A stretch of 64,000 nucleotides of DNA from Eledone cirrhosa (Eukaryota). A program made the translations under genes and the position numbers. The notes beneath the pieces were generated by a model. It searched no databases. It saw only the letters and a program-made list of their open reading frames with translations, and had not been told where the DNA came from. The DNA is taken from positions 31,372,001 through 31,436,000 of the forward strand of contig OZ024745.1 of NCBI GenBank assembly GCA_964016885.1, in the 5' to 3' direction. Shown here one piece after another: positions 36,020-48,726 of this stretch; within the stretch, counting starts at the first letter, position 1; every line of letters starts with the position of its first letter.

Positions 36020-38763
36020 GTAAATATTACATAATAATTATTCAATTTTTTTTTTTTTTTCTGCAATTGATTTACATTCATGAAAACTTTGATAAAATTG
36101 TCTGTTGCAACAAATTTGAATCTTTCCTTGTAGTCAGAACTATTCATTTTTATAACTGGATACCTTTCATACCCCAAACCACTCACTCAGTGAGGTAGTA
36201 GTGAAACCCGTTTTGTTGTTGCTGCTTAGGGAGACCTATAGTCAAAGATGCTCTAGTTGTGGTCATCCCATCTTTTATTCTGACATGATGTATCTTTAAA
36301 ACTGCATTATTCAATGTATCTTTCATTTTTTTTTTAATAAAGGGTATGATTTGAAAATAATTTTGCTGCTATTTCTAATAAGTCAAGCAACTGTTGACTT
36401 GTGTATGTAACCTGTTTTCTCAAAGGGGCACACTAAGAAAAATAGATATCTCTGGCAGGTGAGATTACACAAGGTGGAACAAGATTGCATTCAGGACCTG
36501 GAGATTTGGATTTGACCAACTTGTCTTTTAAGGGGATTAATGTAGCTAGGATTACACCATTCAATATGTTTCTTTTTAAAGTTTGGATGTGATTTAAGGG
36601 AGATTTGATTGCTATTTCATACAAGTCACATGTCACTTGTTGACATAAAAATTCCCTCGTTGTCTAGCAAAGTCATATTTACTGGTGTTCTAGTTTCCTT
36701 GTTCTAGCTACATTGTAGAATTGATAAGTGTCATGTTTATAGTATTCAATTATTATTATGTAAATATATCTAGTCAATATCTGTAAACTGTATATCTATC
36801 TATGAAATCATTATTATGCTAATGTTATTGTAGTATTATGTTTGTTTTGCAAGCTTGCACATAATCAGGACTACTTAAGGGCGCTATCAATTCGATACCG
36901 ATAACAATTTCATGGTGTATTGTTTGGATAATTTTAAATAACTGTCATAACTGTTATAACAACTCTGAAGTTTTTAACTTACTGTTGTAAACTTAGGTAA
37001 TTATCATAAACACAACAATGAGAAAATTTGTTGGATTACAGTACCAAATTTAATGCCACCCTTTTACAGAAAAATCCACTTGCGTTAAACAGGAATTACC
37101 TTTTATCCTCATAATACTATGGGAATCCTTTTGGTTTGAAAATGATTTGATTCTCAAGAAATAAGCAGAGATAAATGTAGAAAAGTAATAGTTATTTATA
37201 GCTAATATTGATTTATAATAAATGCTCTTTATATTCACCAATACACTTCATATCAGCTTACATACTACTCTAAATATTTCAAGACTCCTAGTTTAAATGT
37301 CAATGTGTCCCTTATATATATTTAAACTGAAATTCAACTGCTTCAGTTTATTAGGTTTTTATAATTTACTACATGTATGTCTAGTAAAATGTACATTTGA
37401 ACAATCATCTTTTAAATGGTTTTAGTGTGAACAATATTTTTATTGTTTTACTACATCTATCGTTATTTTAATGCTTTTTACCCTTAAATATAGATGCTCA
37501 TTTACCCGTCTGTATAATTTGTGTGGGGTGGGGTGGGGGTGGGGGCTTACTGGTAGGATAGGGTGCCAGTGATGTCACCTAAGTGGAAGGACGACCAGTG
37601 TGGCCCTCTCTTCCTCTTTGGCTGTTGTGTCCAACGGGCTTGATTTGCTATGTGAGCTTGGGTATATGTCCTAAATTTCTAACTAGAGATTAGGCAGGTG
37701 GGACTTCTCACAGATATATCACATCTGGATAAGATCAATGACAGAAGAGAACCCACAAGATAGGTGAGCTACACATTTTCCCTGACATCAGTTTTATTAA
37801 TATTTACACATGAAGATGAAACTGGGGAACACTCTGGGGTAGAAGTGAACTCCCAGCAAGCCAAACCTAATAACCAGTACTTATTCCCAGCTATAGACGT
37901 TTTAGTTCCCTTACAATATTTGTTGTTAACAAATGCATTAATATGATATTTTAATGAAGGTCATAGAGAGAAGCATTGATCTTGCCAAGTTGACTTGTTT
38001 GTGACACAATACTTCCAGGAGGAGTGTTTAGTCATGACCCTAAAGCCTAATATCATAGATTGTGGTATTCAATGTGAATAAATATGGAAATAGTATCCAT
38101 TTCTTACTTTCTTATTTCCCATTATGTGTAACTGGGAATGTATTTTATCATATTCTAGTATTTTCCATCAGTACAGTTTTTTTCTCTTTTGTTGCTGTTG
38201 TTGTTATTTGATTGACAGGAGAAAACCAATCTCATAGCTTTCTGAATAACCTGATCATAATACTCATATTACAAAGTCAAGGTTATATTGAAATGAGGAA
38301 GAAACATACACATTCAGTCAGCAAATGAGAAGTACTAAACTGTAATGGTAGAAACAACAATAACAACTAAAATAGCAGTAACAAAAGTATCTTTCCGAAC
38401 ACTAAAATTATGGATGCTTCTTCAGACAAATCATTTTTCAAATCAATATGTATTACAAGAACATGAATTCCATAATGTTTCATAAATTATATGACTGAAT
38501 TACCTGAGACATTTTTATGTCTAGATAAATATAAAAGAGTTTTTTTATTTAATGTGTTGCTTTTTCTCATTACATGGAGTCTCTCTTGGTAATTTGAGTA
38601 GTTGGTTAAAACACTTAGAAAACTTTGCTTCCTTCCTGATTGAAGCCATTTTGTGTCACTTTGCTTCACTTAGACTGCTTAAACCTTTTGGTAAAGTATG
38701 AATATTGAACATGCCATTTCCGCTTTCCAATAAATATAAGGTTACATTCTTGGTGAAACCCAT

Positions 38764-38801
<38 letters not shown>

Positions 38802-39852
38802 CAACAGGCAGCAAATTTGGAGAGTTATTAGAACATCAGATAAAATCCTTTGCAGTACTCATTCCGACCCTCTGCACTCTAAGTTCAAAATGCTGAGGTC
38901 AACTTTGCCTTTCATCTTTTTGAGGTCAATAATGACCTACTAATCCAATACTGGAGTTGATTTTTTTCTCTATATCTCTTTCACACTTTTTCGCTATCAC
39001 TCTATCTGTCCTTTTTTGAAAGAATTCAGCTGTGCTTAGACTAGAGAGGGGTTGAGCTTCACCTGGTTTAAAGTACCCAAGATATGCCATATGTAATGAT
39101 GGCATCCCTATGACTCTATCAGGAGTTATAAATTCGTACATATATACTTGATTGGGGAAAATACATCAATATAAAGGATGAGTCATAAGTAACCGGGCAG
39201 TTAATGCATCTTTATTGCAAGGTTCACAGATAACTTTTTGAACATCCGCTCTAGCTTTTAATTATAATTTTTAACTACACACACATAGACACACTCTCAA
39301 CAGGTTTCCATACATTTTCCATCTACCAAATTCCACTTACAAAATGTTGGTCAGCCTAAGGCTATGTTAGAAGACATTTACTGAAGGTACTCCACATTAG
39401 GACCTTATTAATCAACCCATGAAGGATAAAAAGTAAAGCTGACATCAGCAGAATTTAAACTCAAAATACAAGGAGCGAGAATCAATACTGCCATGATGCA
39501 GTCTATCCAACATTCTAATGCTTCCATCAGTTCACAGCTGTGAATGGAATGCTTATTGTTTAATGAAATTGTTAATATATTCAACTTACTACCATGTTCT
39601 TTTTGTTACTGTGTGCTAACTAGCTATAAATTATGTATCTTAACACTGTAATGCAAGTATATTTTATTCATATATTCTAACTTCTTCAGTAGCAATTATT
39701 GCAATGTTTAACGATGTTACAGCAAGTACACACAGTAATGTGAATGGGAATATATTAATCTATTCTTTGTTACAGTTCTAGAGTAATGAGTAATTTGTAT
39801 GTATGTATATCATGTTTGTCAGCTGGATGTGTGTTAATTATATGTGTGTATA

Positions 39853-41352
39853 AGAAGAGACCCTACCCCATGTAGACCCTATAGAGGGGCCAGAAGTACA
39901 AGTCAGCAGCAGCGTAGTAAGTAAGGCAATCAAAGATATGAAGATGGGGAAGGCAACCGGTCCATCGGGTATAGCTGCCAAGATGCTGAAGGCATCTGGG
40001 TCGGTAGGTCACACCATAACCACATGTATTGTTAACCAGGTAATACTAGAAGGTGTCATACCAAAGTATTGGTGCAGTAGCATCATTGTCAACTGCTACA
40101 AAGGTAAAGGTGATGCACTAGATAGAGGAAACTATAGAGATATAAAGCTGATGGACCAGGTCATGAAAGTAACAGAAAGAGTTATAGCACAGTTGATTAG
40201 GGACCGGGTGAAACTAGATGAGGTGAAATTTGGGTTTGTGCCAGGAAGAGGTACCACTGATGCCCTCTTCCTTGTGAGGCAGTTACAGGAAAAGTACCTA
40301 GCTAAAAGTAAGCCACTCTACCTGGCATTCGTCGATCTGGAAAAAGCCTTTGACAGAGTTCCCCGTGCTATAATCTGGTGGGCTCTTAGAAAACTAGGAG
40401 TAGATGAATGGCTTGTGAAAGCTGTACAAGCCATGTATAACGGAGCAGTCAGCAAAGTTAGGATTAGCAATGAGTATAGCGAGGAATTTAGGTCGGTGTC
40501 CACCAGGGCTCTGTTCTTAGCCCTCTCCTGTTCATCATAGTCCTGCAGGCAATAACAGAGGAGTATAAGACTGGATGCCCATGGGAACTCCTGTATGCAG
40601 ATGACTTCGCACTTATAGCTGAATCTATGGTAGAACTAGAGAAGAAATTCCAAACTTAGAAGCAGAGACTAGAAAGAAAGGGTCTCAAAGTCAACCTCAC
40701 AAAGACTAAGGTCCTTGTAAGTAGATGAGAAAACAGAACTGAGATCCCCTCAGGGAAATGGCCTTGCTCAGTATGTAGGAAAGGTGTAGGTAGGAACTCC
40801 ATTCTCTGCCCCAAATGCAAACAATGGGTACACAAGAGATGTAGTGGGATCTCAGGAAGCTTAACTAAGAATGTAGACTTCACATGTAGCAGCTGTGCTG
40901 GGACAGCAAGCAGCAAACAGCCACAGGAAACAAGTACCACCAAACTCCGGGAGGGCTCTGTAGAAACAGTAGACAGCTTCTGCTACCAAGGTAACCGAAT
41001 TAGCAGCCGAGGTGGGTGTTCGGAAAGTACAATAACTAGGGTAAGCTGAAGCATATAGACAATATGACCATACACCCTCCCACTGCAAAGTGGTCTTGGA
41101 GGTGCCACGGCAAAAAAGCACCCAGCCCACACTATAAAGTGGACGTGTAGGCGCCATGGAAAAAAAGCACCCAGTACTCACTGTAAATGAGGTTGGTGTT
41201 AGGAAGGGCATCCAGCTGTAGAAATCAAGCCAGAATCAGTTCCCGTATGAGCAAGACAAGGTCAGCCGACCGGACACTGCCCACAATAGCACAACCCTTC
41301 TAACCCATGCTAGCGTGGAAGAACGGACATAAAACAGTGATGATGATGATGA
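39853..41352 (+). mobile_element. RTE family C copy, 5'-truncated with an internal deletion at ~41045
   Basis: RT ORF 39938-40540 plus frameshifted continuation including the PHD finger; then jumps to a 3' UTR matching 52798-53108 reversed; (GAT)n tail. Confidence 0.9.
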
Positions 41353-42543
41353 ACACACACACTGGATACTCATACACACTCAAACACAGATGTACAAAAT
41401 TAGATTGCCAAATACATTCAAAACTATATGCATAAACAAACACAAGCATATAAATGTGTGCATGTGTATATCATCATCATCATCAGCGTTTAACATCCAT
41501 TTTTTTCATGCTAGCATTGATTAGATGAGTTGTCCTGTTGTGAGACAAGCCAAATCAGATGACCGTGTCTTGCTCAAACAGAACTGGTTCTGGCTTGGTT
41601 TCTATGGCTGGGTCCCCTTCCTAACGTCAACCACATTTACAGTATGGACAGGGTGCTTATTGTCATGACACCAAAATAACCACATTAGAGTGTGGACTGG
41701 GGGCTTTTTATCATGGCACCAAAACAACTACTTTACAGTGTGGACTGTGGATTGGGGAGTTGCATGGGGATTGGAGAGGTGGATCTAGGGTGGAGCATTT
41801 ATATTATCATCATCGTTTAGCATCTGCTTTCCCTGCTAGCAAGGGTTGGACGGGTCTGCATCTCACATATTGAGTGCACCAGCTCTTTGTTTGGCAAGCT
41901 TTCAAGTTCTTCAGTTGGGACAATAACTGACAATTTCTTTGGTACTGGTGCCATGAAAATACATGCAGTACACCTTGTAAGCTGGTTGGTAATTGGAAGA
42001 GCATCCAGTCATAGGAAGACTGCCAAACAAAATGTTGGGAGGAACCTTCAATTGTGTCAAAGGCATGATGGCCTCCCCTGTGCTGGTGTTATGAAAAATG
42101 CACTTGGTAGAATGTGGGATCGTATGTAAGTTAAATGTGAGCCCCCAGTGGAGAAAGGCAAATTAGTCAGATGCCACTTCAACAACTAAAGTATAATTAC
42201 ATATGAAGTACTTCTTTTGTTTACCTATCTCTTACCTCCCACTCCTTTTCTCAAAGGTAGAAAGGGAAAGCAATTAATACAGAAGTATTTCCAATTCATT
42301 TCAATACTCAACAAAGAAATTACTTTTTTTCCTTTAACATATAGCAGATCTGTCAAAAAAATGTTTTTTTTAGGTTTGTACTTTTCCTGCTTTTATCATA
42401 TTTAGTTTGTGATGAGATAATCTGATATAATCAGTATTTATCATGTCTTAACTGATAAATAATCAAAAGAGACCAGCTGCTTGGTCCTCAAAAAACAGTC
42501 TGACTTATCTTGTGTTTGTTCAAAGCTACATAGTTGTTTATAC

Positions 42544-42778
42544 TAGTAATGCACTGGGTAATTGCTGGCCTTGTGCCTAAAGTAGAAACAATTATTATCA
42601 GTATCGGTAGAGGGCCGGACGCCATGCTTTGATGCATAGAGTTACGGCCCTTGCCATTCTGAGTTCAAATCCTGCCGAGGTTAACTTTGCCTTTCATCCT
42701 TACGGGGTCGATAAAATAAAATACCAGTAATGCAATGGGTAATTGCTGGCCTTGTGCCAAAGGTAGAAACAATTATTA
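42544..42778 (+). mobile_element. SINE family 2: 3' fragment (42544-42597) followed by a near-complete copy
   Basis: AGTAATGCACTGGGTAATTGCTGGCCTTGTGCC.AA.GTAGAAACAATTATTAT occurs twice in tandem orientation. Confidence 0.82.
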
Positions 42779-42827
42779 TGTATATACAAGTAGGAGTACA
42801 GAGGAGTTTAAGACTGGCTGTCGATGG

Positions 42828-43821
42828 GAACGATCTGGTTCTTATAGCAGAATCAGTAGAGGAGCTAGAGAATAAATTCTGGCTATGGAAACAGCAGTTG
42901 GAAGCAAGAGGACTGAGAGTGAACATAGCTAAGACAAAAGTGTTGATGAGTAGAAAAGAGGACAAAACTCTGATTCCGTCAGGGAAATGGCCATGTTCGA
43001 TATGCAGAAAAGGAACTGGCATAAATTCTATAAAATGCACACAATGCAGATCCTGGGTACACAAGAGATGTAGTGGGATAGCAGGCAAACTAACAGGTAG
43101 GGAGAAATATGTATACAGTAGATGTACAGGGAAATTAGACAGTAGAAGTCGCATTGATAGACACATTTTTCAGATGCAGGAGGGTGCTATAGAAGTGGTG
43201 GATAGCTTCCGGTACCTAGGAGATCAGATTAGCATGGGAGGAGGGTGTTCCGAGGCCATAGTATCTAGAATAAGGACGGGTTGGAAGAAGTTTAGGGAGC
43301 TGCTTCCTCTGTTGACGAAGAAGCGTTTCTCCCTGCGTACGAAAGGTCGGTTGTATGATGCCTGTGTGAGGAGCGCGATGCTGCATGGTAGTGAGACATG
43401 GGCAGCAACTGCAGAGGATATGCGACGGCTGGAGAGAAATGAGGCAAGCATGCTCCGTTGGATGTGCAGTGTAAATGTGCGTGAACGACCCAGCATGAAT
43501 GTGTTGAGAAAGAAACTGTGTCTGAGAGGGATAGAATGTAGTGTACGGGAGAGGAGACTGAGGTGGTATGGACATGTAATGCGCATGGAGGATGACCGAT
43601 GGGTGAAGAAGTGCCAGGAAATGCCAGTTGAAGGAAGACGTGGTAGAGGTAGACCACGAAAAACATGGGCGGAGGTGGTGAGAACAGACCTCAGATCATT
43701 GAAGCTCACGGTGGAGATGACGAAGGACCGTGACGAGTGGAGAGATGCTGTGCTGAATAAGACCCGTCCCACCCTTGCAAGCAGGGAAAAGCAGACGTAA
43801 AATGATGATGATGATGATGAT
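42828..43821 (+). mobile_element. RTE family B 5'-truncated copy, ORF open from DLVLIAES to the stop, very short 3' UTR
   Basis: DLVLIAESVEEL...CSICRKG...CTQCRSWVHKRC...RRLRWYGHVMR...GRPRKTW; the stop codon at 43800 is followed directly by (GAT)n. Confidence 0.92.
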
Positions 43822-44508
43822 ACTATTATGTTTATAGTGTACTATTAATACACGTCTACCCATACTATTAACCCTTTCATTACTAACCTGATGGTTAGGG
43901 CCAATGGAGAAGCTTCTCATGGGACTGACATGGCTAACCCCTGCTTTAGCAGAGAAGATGGCTGTAAAATGCTTGTTTTTTGTTGTTATTTAATTACAAT
44001 ACCAATAACACTGTAACATCTCGGTTATTTAATTGATCCCTGTATGTTTACTAGTATATATTTCATCACACTTGAAAACAATCTTGAAATGATGGAATGA
44101 GAAATCAATGTTAGAAGAGTTTGATCGTAGAACCTATTTTGGTAAAATGCATTTTGCCAGCTCTATGACAACATGATCTAACAAATATAACCAATGTAGA
44201 AGTCTCACTGTATATACTGGAATACAAGCTGACCCCACTATTTTGTGTCTGAGAAATAGGCAAAAATCCAAGCCTTATTTACATAGAATTTGAAGTTGGT
44301 GAAAATCATCAAAATATTGACCCTGAATATAAGTCACCCAGTTCAACCCCACCCTTCTAGCATCGATTTTATGGATATATGTTCTTCAGTTTATATTCAA
44401 GAATATGCAGTAAATGAAGAAACTTTAAAAATGTTGATGGTATTTATAAGATATAAATTGAAAGATAATTTTTTTTGTATATTTATCAAATTAATTTTCT
44501 TTGAACAG

Positions 44509-44711
44509 ATATTAGAAAAATTAATGGAATCGGGAAAATTCATCAAATTACGTGCCATTGACATCAGTCATACCAATGCATTGTCTGAGAATTCAATTTA
44601 CAACTTCTTGATGACATATGGGAAAAACCTTAAAGGATTAATGCTGTCTGGAAAACCAAAATTAACAGAAAATTTTTGGCTGAATGTGATCCCTTTTTTG
44701 AAAAACATTAA
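44509..44711 (+). CDS. F-box/LRR protein, coding exon D
   Basis: TTGAACAG|ATA acceptor and AA|GTAAGT donor; phase 0 in matches exon C. Encodes ILEKLMESGKFIKLRAIDISHTNALSENSIYNFLMTYGKNLKGLMLSGKPKLTENFWLNVIPFLKNI. Ends in phase 2; the next exon was not found in the window. Confidence 0.87.
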
Positions 44712-45892
44712 GTAAGTAAAATATTATAATTAATTTCACATTTATCTTTTAACCTTGAAATATTTTTGCAGGGCATTTATTACATATGTTATTAAGTGCA
44801 TCCAGTCATAGAAAACCTACCAAACAAAGAGTCAGAAGGACTTTTCTATCTAAGACTTAACTATCTGCCTAGTGCTGGTGTCACAGTAAAATAGACTCGA
44901 TAGAGTGCAGCAGTATATGTAAGCAAATTAGAGGCCACTGGCCCATCTGAACACTCGGTAGAGTATGGGAATATATTTAAGAGAGACACAGGCCCTCAAC
45001 CAATCCAAAGGGTCAGTAGATATGCTTGAGTAACAACCCTGTCAGTTGATGTCCCATCCAACACTTGCTAGCAGGGAAAGGGACATTAAATGATGATGTT
45101 ATTAAGTGCTTTGTTTTCAGAGAAAAATACTAGGGTTGTGAAGATAATTTAGATATAAGATAACTGGACTAAAAGCATTATGATGTTTGCTGTTTAGTTT
45201 TAGTCCTCTCAATTTAGGGTTCTATTCATGTTGAAGTCAACTTTCTTTATGATATATTCAATGTACCCAATAAAATAGATATCAGTAATATACTGTGGTT
45301 AAAAGATTGGTAATAACTCCATGCATGCATATTACAGACATGTAGGTCAGTTAAGGCAGAACTCATCGATCGTTTGTTTTGTTTTGAACTGTTTCAACTT
45401 CTCATTTGAAAAGAGCTAATAGCTCTGAAATATTATGTTGAAATACACTGGGTAAAACATTATTTTTGTTTTATTTGTTATCATTTGCCTTTCATATTTT
45501 TCTACCACATTGTACCGGCTTTTTGAAAATTATCGGTCTTTTATTACATATCTCACAATGCTTTGTATTAACTTCATTTCTTTATACTATGGTTAATTTA
45601 AATAATTTTCTGGATTATCTATATAATTAACATTTATGTCATTTCAAAAGATATCAATATATGGATGAAGTGCATTCATCACTATGACTACGAAATAACA
45701 ATTCATTGTGCCTATTATTGTCTATTTTTTCTGTCAATAATAAATTATCAGCCATTTAAGATGAATTATTTGTCAAGATAAATTATGTTATTTAGTTTAC
45801 AGTAATGAATTTTAATAAATGTATGCATGTGTACAAGCTATTTTTGCTGCCTTCAATAATATTGTAATAAATAGGTTCTTCAGTTAATTGCG

Positions 45893-46145
45893 AAGGCACA
45901 TGGCTTAGTGGTTGGAGTGTTGAGCTCACAATCGGGAAGTTGTGAGTATGATTCTTGGACCAGGTGATGCATTATGTCCTTGAGCAAGACACTTTATTTG
46001 ATGTTGTTCCAGTTTACTCAGCTGTAGAAAGGAGTTGTGACGTCAATGGTGCCAAGCTGTATCAACCATTGCCTTTCCCTTGGACAACATTGATGGCGTG
46101 GATGTTTATGCAGGTGTGGTGAACTGCATATATTCTAGCCATTAG
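45893..46145 (+). mobile_element. SINE family 1 copy (tRNA head + core)
   Basis: GGCACATGGCTTAGTGGTTGGAG...CCTTGAGCAAGACACTTTATTT...CCAGTTTACTCAGCTGTAGAAA, as at 2429-2556. Confidence 0.7.
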
Positions 46146-47354
46146 AAAAAAAAAGGCAAATGAATGCTTTACCTTCAAAAGAGGGATGACTCAAGAAGAA
46201 GAATTCAATGTCTTGTTGCTTTTTCAAGCACGTATTTATTTAAACATGGCAAAAAGCACCCAGTCCACATTGTAAATGGAAGGGCATCCAGCTGTAGAAA
46301 CCAAGCCAGAAACAGATCCATATGAGCATGACATGGTGATCTGATCTGACTTGTCTCACAACAGGACACCTCGTCCAACCCATGCCAGCATAGATAATGG
46401 ATGCTAAACAGTGATGATGATGATGGCAAACACCATGGAACAGAAGTTCCCAGTAAGCTATATTTGTAGCCTAGCTTCAGTTCCAGGGTATTGTTTTGCT
46501 TATATCATTATTCTCCTTGGAAAATCCCATTTCCCTTATTTCCTGAAATCAATTAAACAATTAGACTGATTTACTGAATACTATCGATGACAAACAGTCA
46601 AACAGAAAATTCAAATATTCCTTTTATTTTACCTGTGCACAAAAAATACCTAAATAGATTTTTTTTAAAAGTTCATTAACCTTTTCAGTATCTAACAAAT
46701 TTGGCAGATTTATAGCTGTTGTAAATATATACTTTCTATGGTAATTACCTGATTCGCTTTCCTGATGACTGAATGACAAATATAGCTTATAAAATAATCT
46801 CTATAGATTTCTAAATTTACCTGGTTTACTGTTTTGAAGAGCTCCCAACAATTCTTCATTTGAAGCCAAAGGAAATATTGCAGTTGGAAGTTATCCAAAT
46901 CAGCTAATACATAAATGTCTTAGCTAAACATCTTAGATAATAGCAAATTAGTTTTAAGATCTTATGCAAATGAAAACCCTCTTTCAGATTTAAAAAAACT
47001 TGTTTCATACTGATATGGCCTAGATATTCTTGTTTTTCAAAAATAGAATATCATCTAAAAAATAGCACCTTTCCTTCCTTTAACGTCTCTTTTTACACAT
47101 TCCACTTCACATTCCTTTACTCCAATTTTTACTTTTTAGCTTTTGGTTTTACTGTATATTAATACTTTATATTAGAATGGATGAGATTATCTAGATGTAG
47201 AAATTTTACATCAAATTCAACTGTAATTTCCTGGCTAGAGTAATGCAAGGATCTACTCATCATCATCATCATCATATTCATCATCATTTTATTATTAATT
47301 TATATCCATATAAACTGTACACATAGCTACAAATCATACACACTATCTCACACC

Positions 47355-47780
47355 TCCTCACACAAACATTATTAACCATCTTTCTAACAATAACCCTGGG
47401 CAGCTTTTTAAATCGATCTGTCTGGCACCCGTGGACATGCTTACAAAATCAGAAAACAGTACAGCTCCTATGACATTCGGAAATATTTTTCTCATGTTTA
47501 GAGTTTCTGAAGGATGGAACAAATTATCTGCATTGGTTGTTAGCTGTCGGGACACTGCATCCTTCAAAACCTCCATGCTTTCTGAAATTTGCCACCACCA
47601 TATCTGATATTCTCCCTCCATACACACATACGCATGTGTGTGTGTCTGTGTGTATATCATGACTCATAGCTGTTCACTTTCCTGGCATTTTTACATTATT
47701 CTATGTACTATACAAGCACCTTTGATGAGTTGTAGTGCACCTGAGCACAGTACACAATAATTTTCATTATTATTATTATT
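47355..47780 (+). mobile_element. CR1-clade LINE 3' end
   Basis: TRGHAYKIRKQYSSYDIRKYF..RVSEGWNKLSALVVSCRDTASFKTSM (CR1-type C-terminus); 3' UTR TGAGTTGTAGTGCACCTGAGCAC and (ATT)n tail. Copies at 59195-59497 and 62155-62510. Confidence 0.78.
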
Positions 47781-47874
47781 ACAGTTGCATTTATATTGCT
47801 TTATGTTCATATGAATTATCATAAAGTTACAACCAGTGACCTCAAGAGATTATTACTATTATTATTATTATTAT

Positions 47875-48255
47875 TTCAAATTTCATTTGAAAAGGAAAAT
47901 CAGGGTAGAGAGGGAAGTGCTCTCTTCCCAGCATTTTGTTGAAAGATGGGTGAGAGAGGCAAGAATGGCCCGAGTGAATGGGCCTACTCTGAGTATGTGT
48001 CTGTAAATTAAAGGTGGAAAACTGGGAGAGGGCACTTTCCCTGGTGGTCAGGGTCACTGTGGCTTTTAATAGGTTTTCTTCACGAATGTCCCTCGGAAGT
48101 CTCCCCCGTATTGGGGAATTTTTCATTGTTATTTTTTTGCTACATCCTCTGTTTTTGTTTTTTACACGCAGAAATGCCCTTTTGAACCGTCCTGTATTGT
48201 CCTGTAATGTCCTTAATGTCTACTTTGTGTAAACCCTTGTGGTTAATAAAGAAAG

Positions 48256-48295
<40 letters not shown>
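47875..48295 (+). mobile_element. L1/Tx1-like LINE 3' fragment inserted in (ATT)n
   Basis: FKFHLKRKIRVEREVLSSQHFVERWVREARMARVNGPTLSMCL*, ends AATAAAGAAA; (ATT)n on both sides; homolog of 15332-15726. Confidence 0.72.
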
Positions 48296-48542
48296 ACTAC
48301 GCCAGTCCTACATCAATCACTCAGAAACTTGGCTCCAAAAACAACAGATTTCAGTTAGTACATGCCAAATCAGACTACATCCATTCTTACCAGGAAAAAC
48401 AAAATGCAAAAAGGCCATCACATTCAACAATATAGAAAGGATACACAGAAGAAAACAAAATGATGTGTACACTCATTCATATTTACAGCACAATGCTTGG
48501 CCATCACAAAGAAACAACTCTAGTGTATAAACATTATATTAT

Positions 48543-48726
48543 GTGGATTGGCAGTATCGGTAGAGGGTCGGACGCCATGCTTTCCAGCATAGTTACGTCC
48601 CTTTATGATCTGAGTTCAAATCCCGCCGAGGTTGACTTTGCCTTTCATCCTTACGGGGTCGATAAAATAAAGTACCAGTAATGCACTGGGTAATTGCTGG
48701 CCTTGTGCCTAAAGTAGAAACAATTA
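48543..48726 (+). mobile_element. SINE family 2 copy; a degenerate family 1 SINE follows (48748-49040)
   Basis: Near-identical to 28743-28927. Confidence 0.88.

Noticed and set aside
42730-42827. N-terminus of the 356-aa ORF suggesting a SINE-RT fusion protein
   Set aside because: Fortuitous in-frame read-through from a SINE tail into a 5'-truncated RTE lacking most RT motifs.
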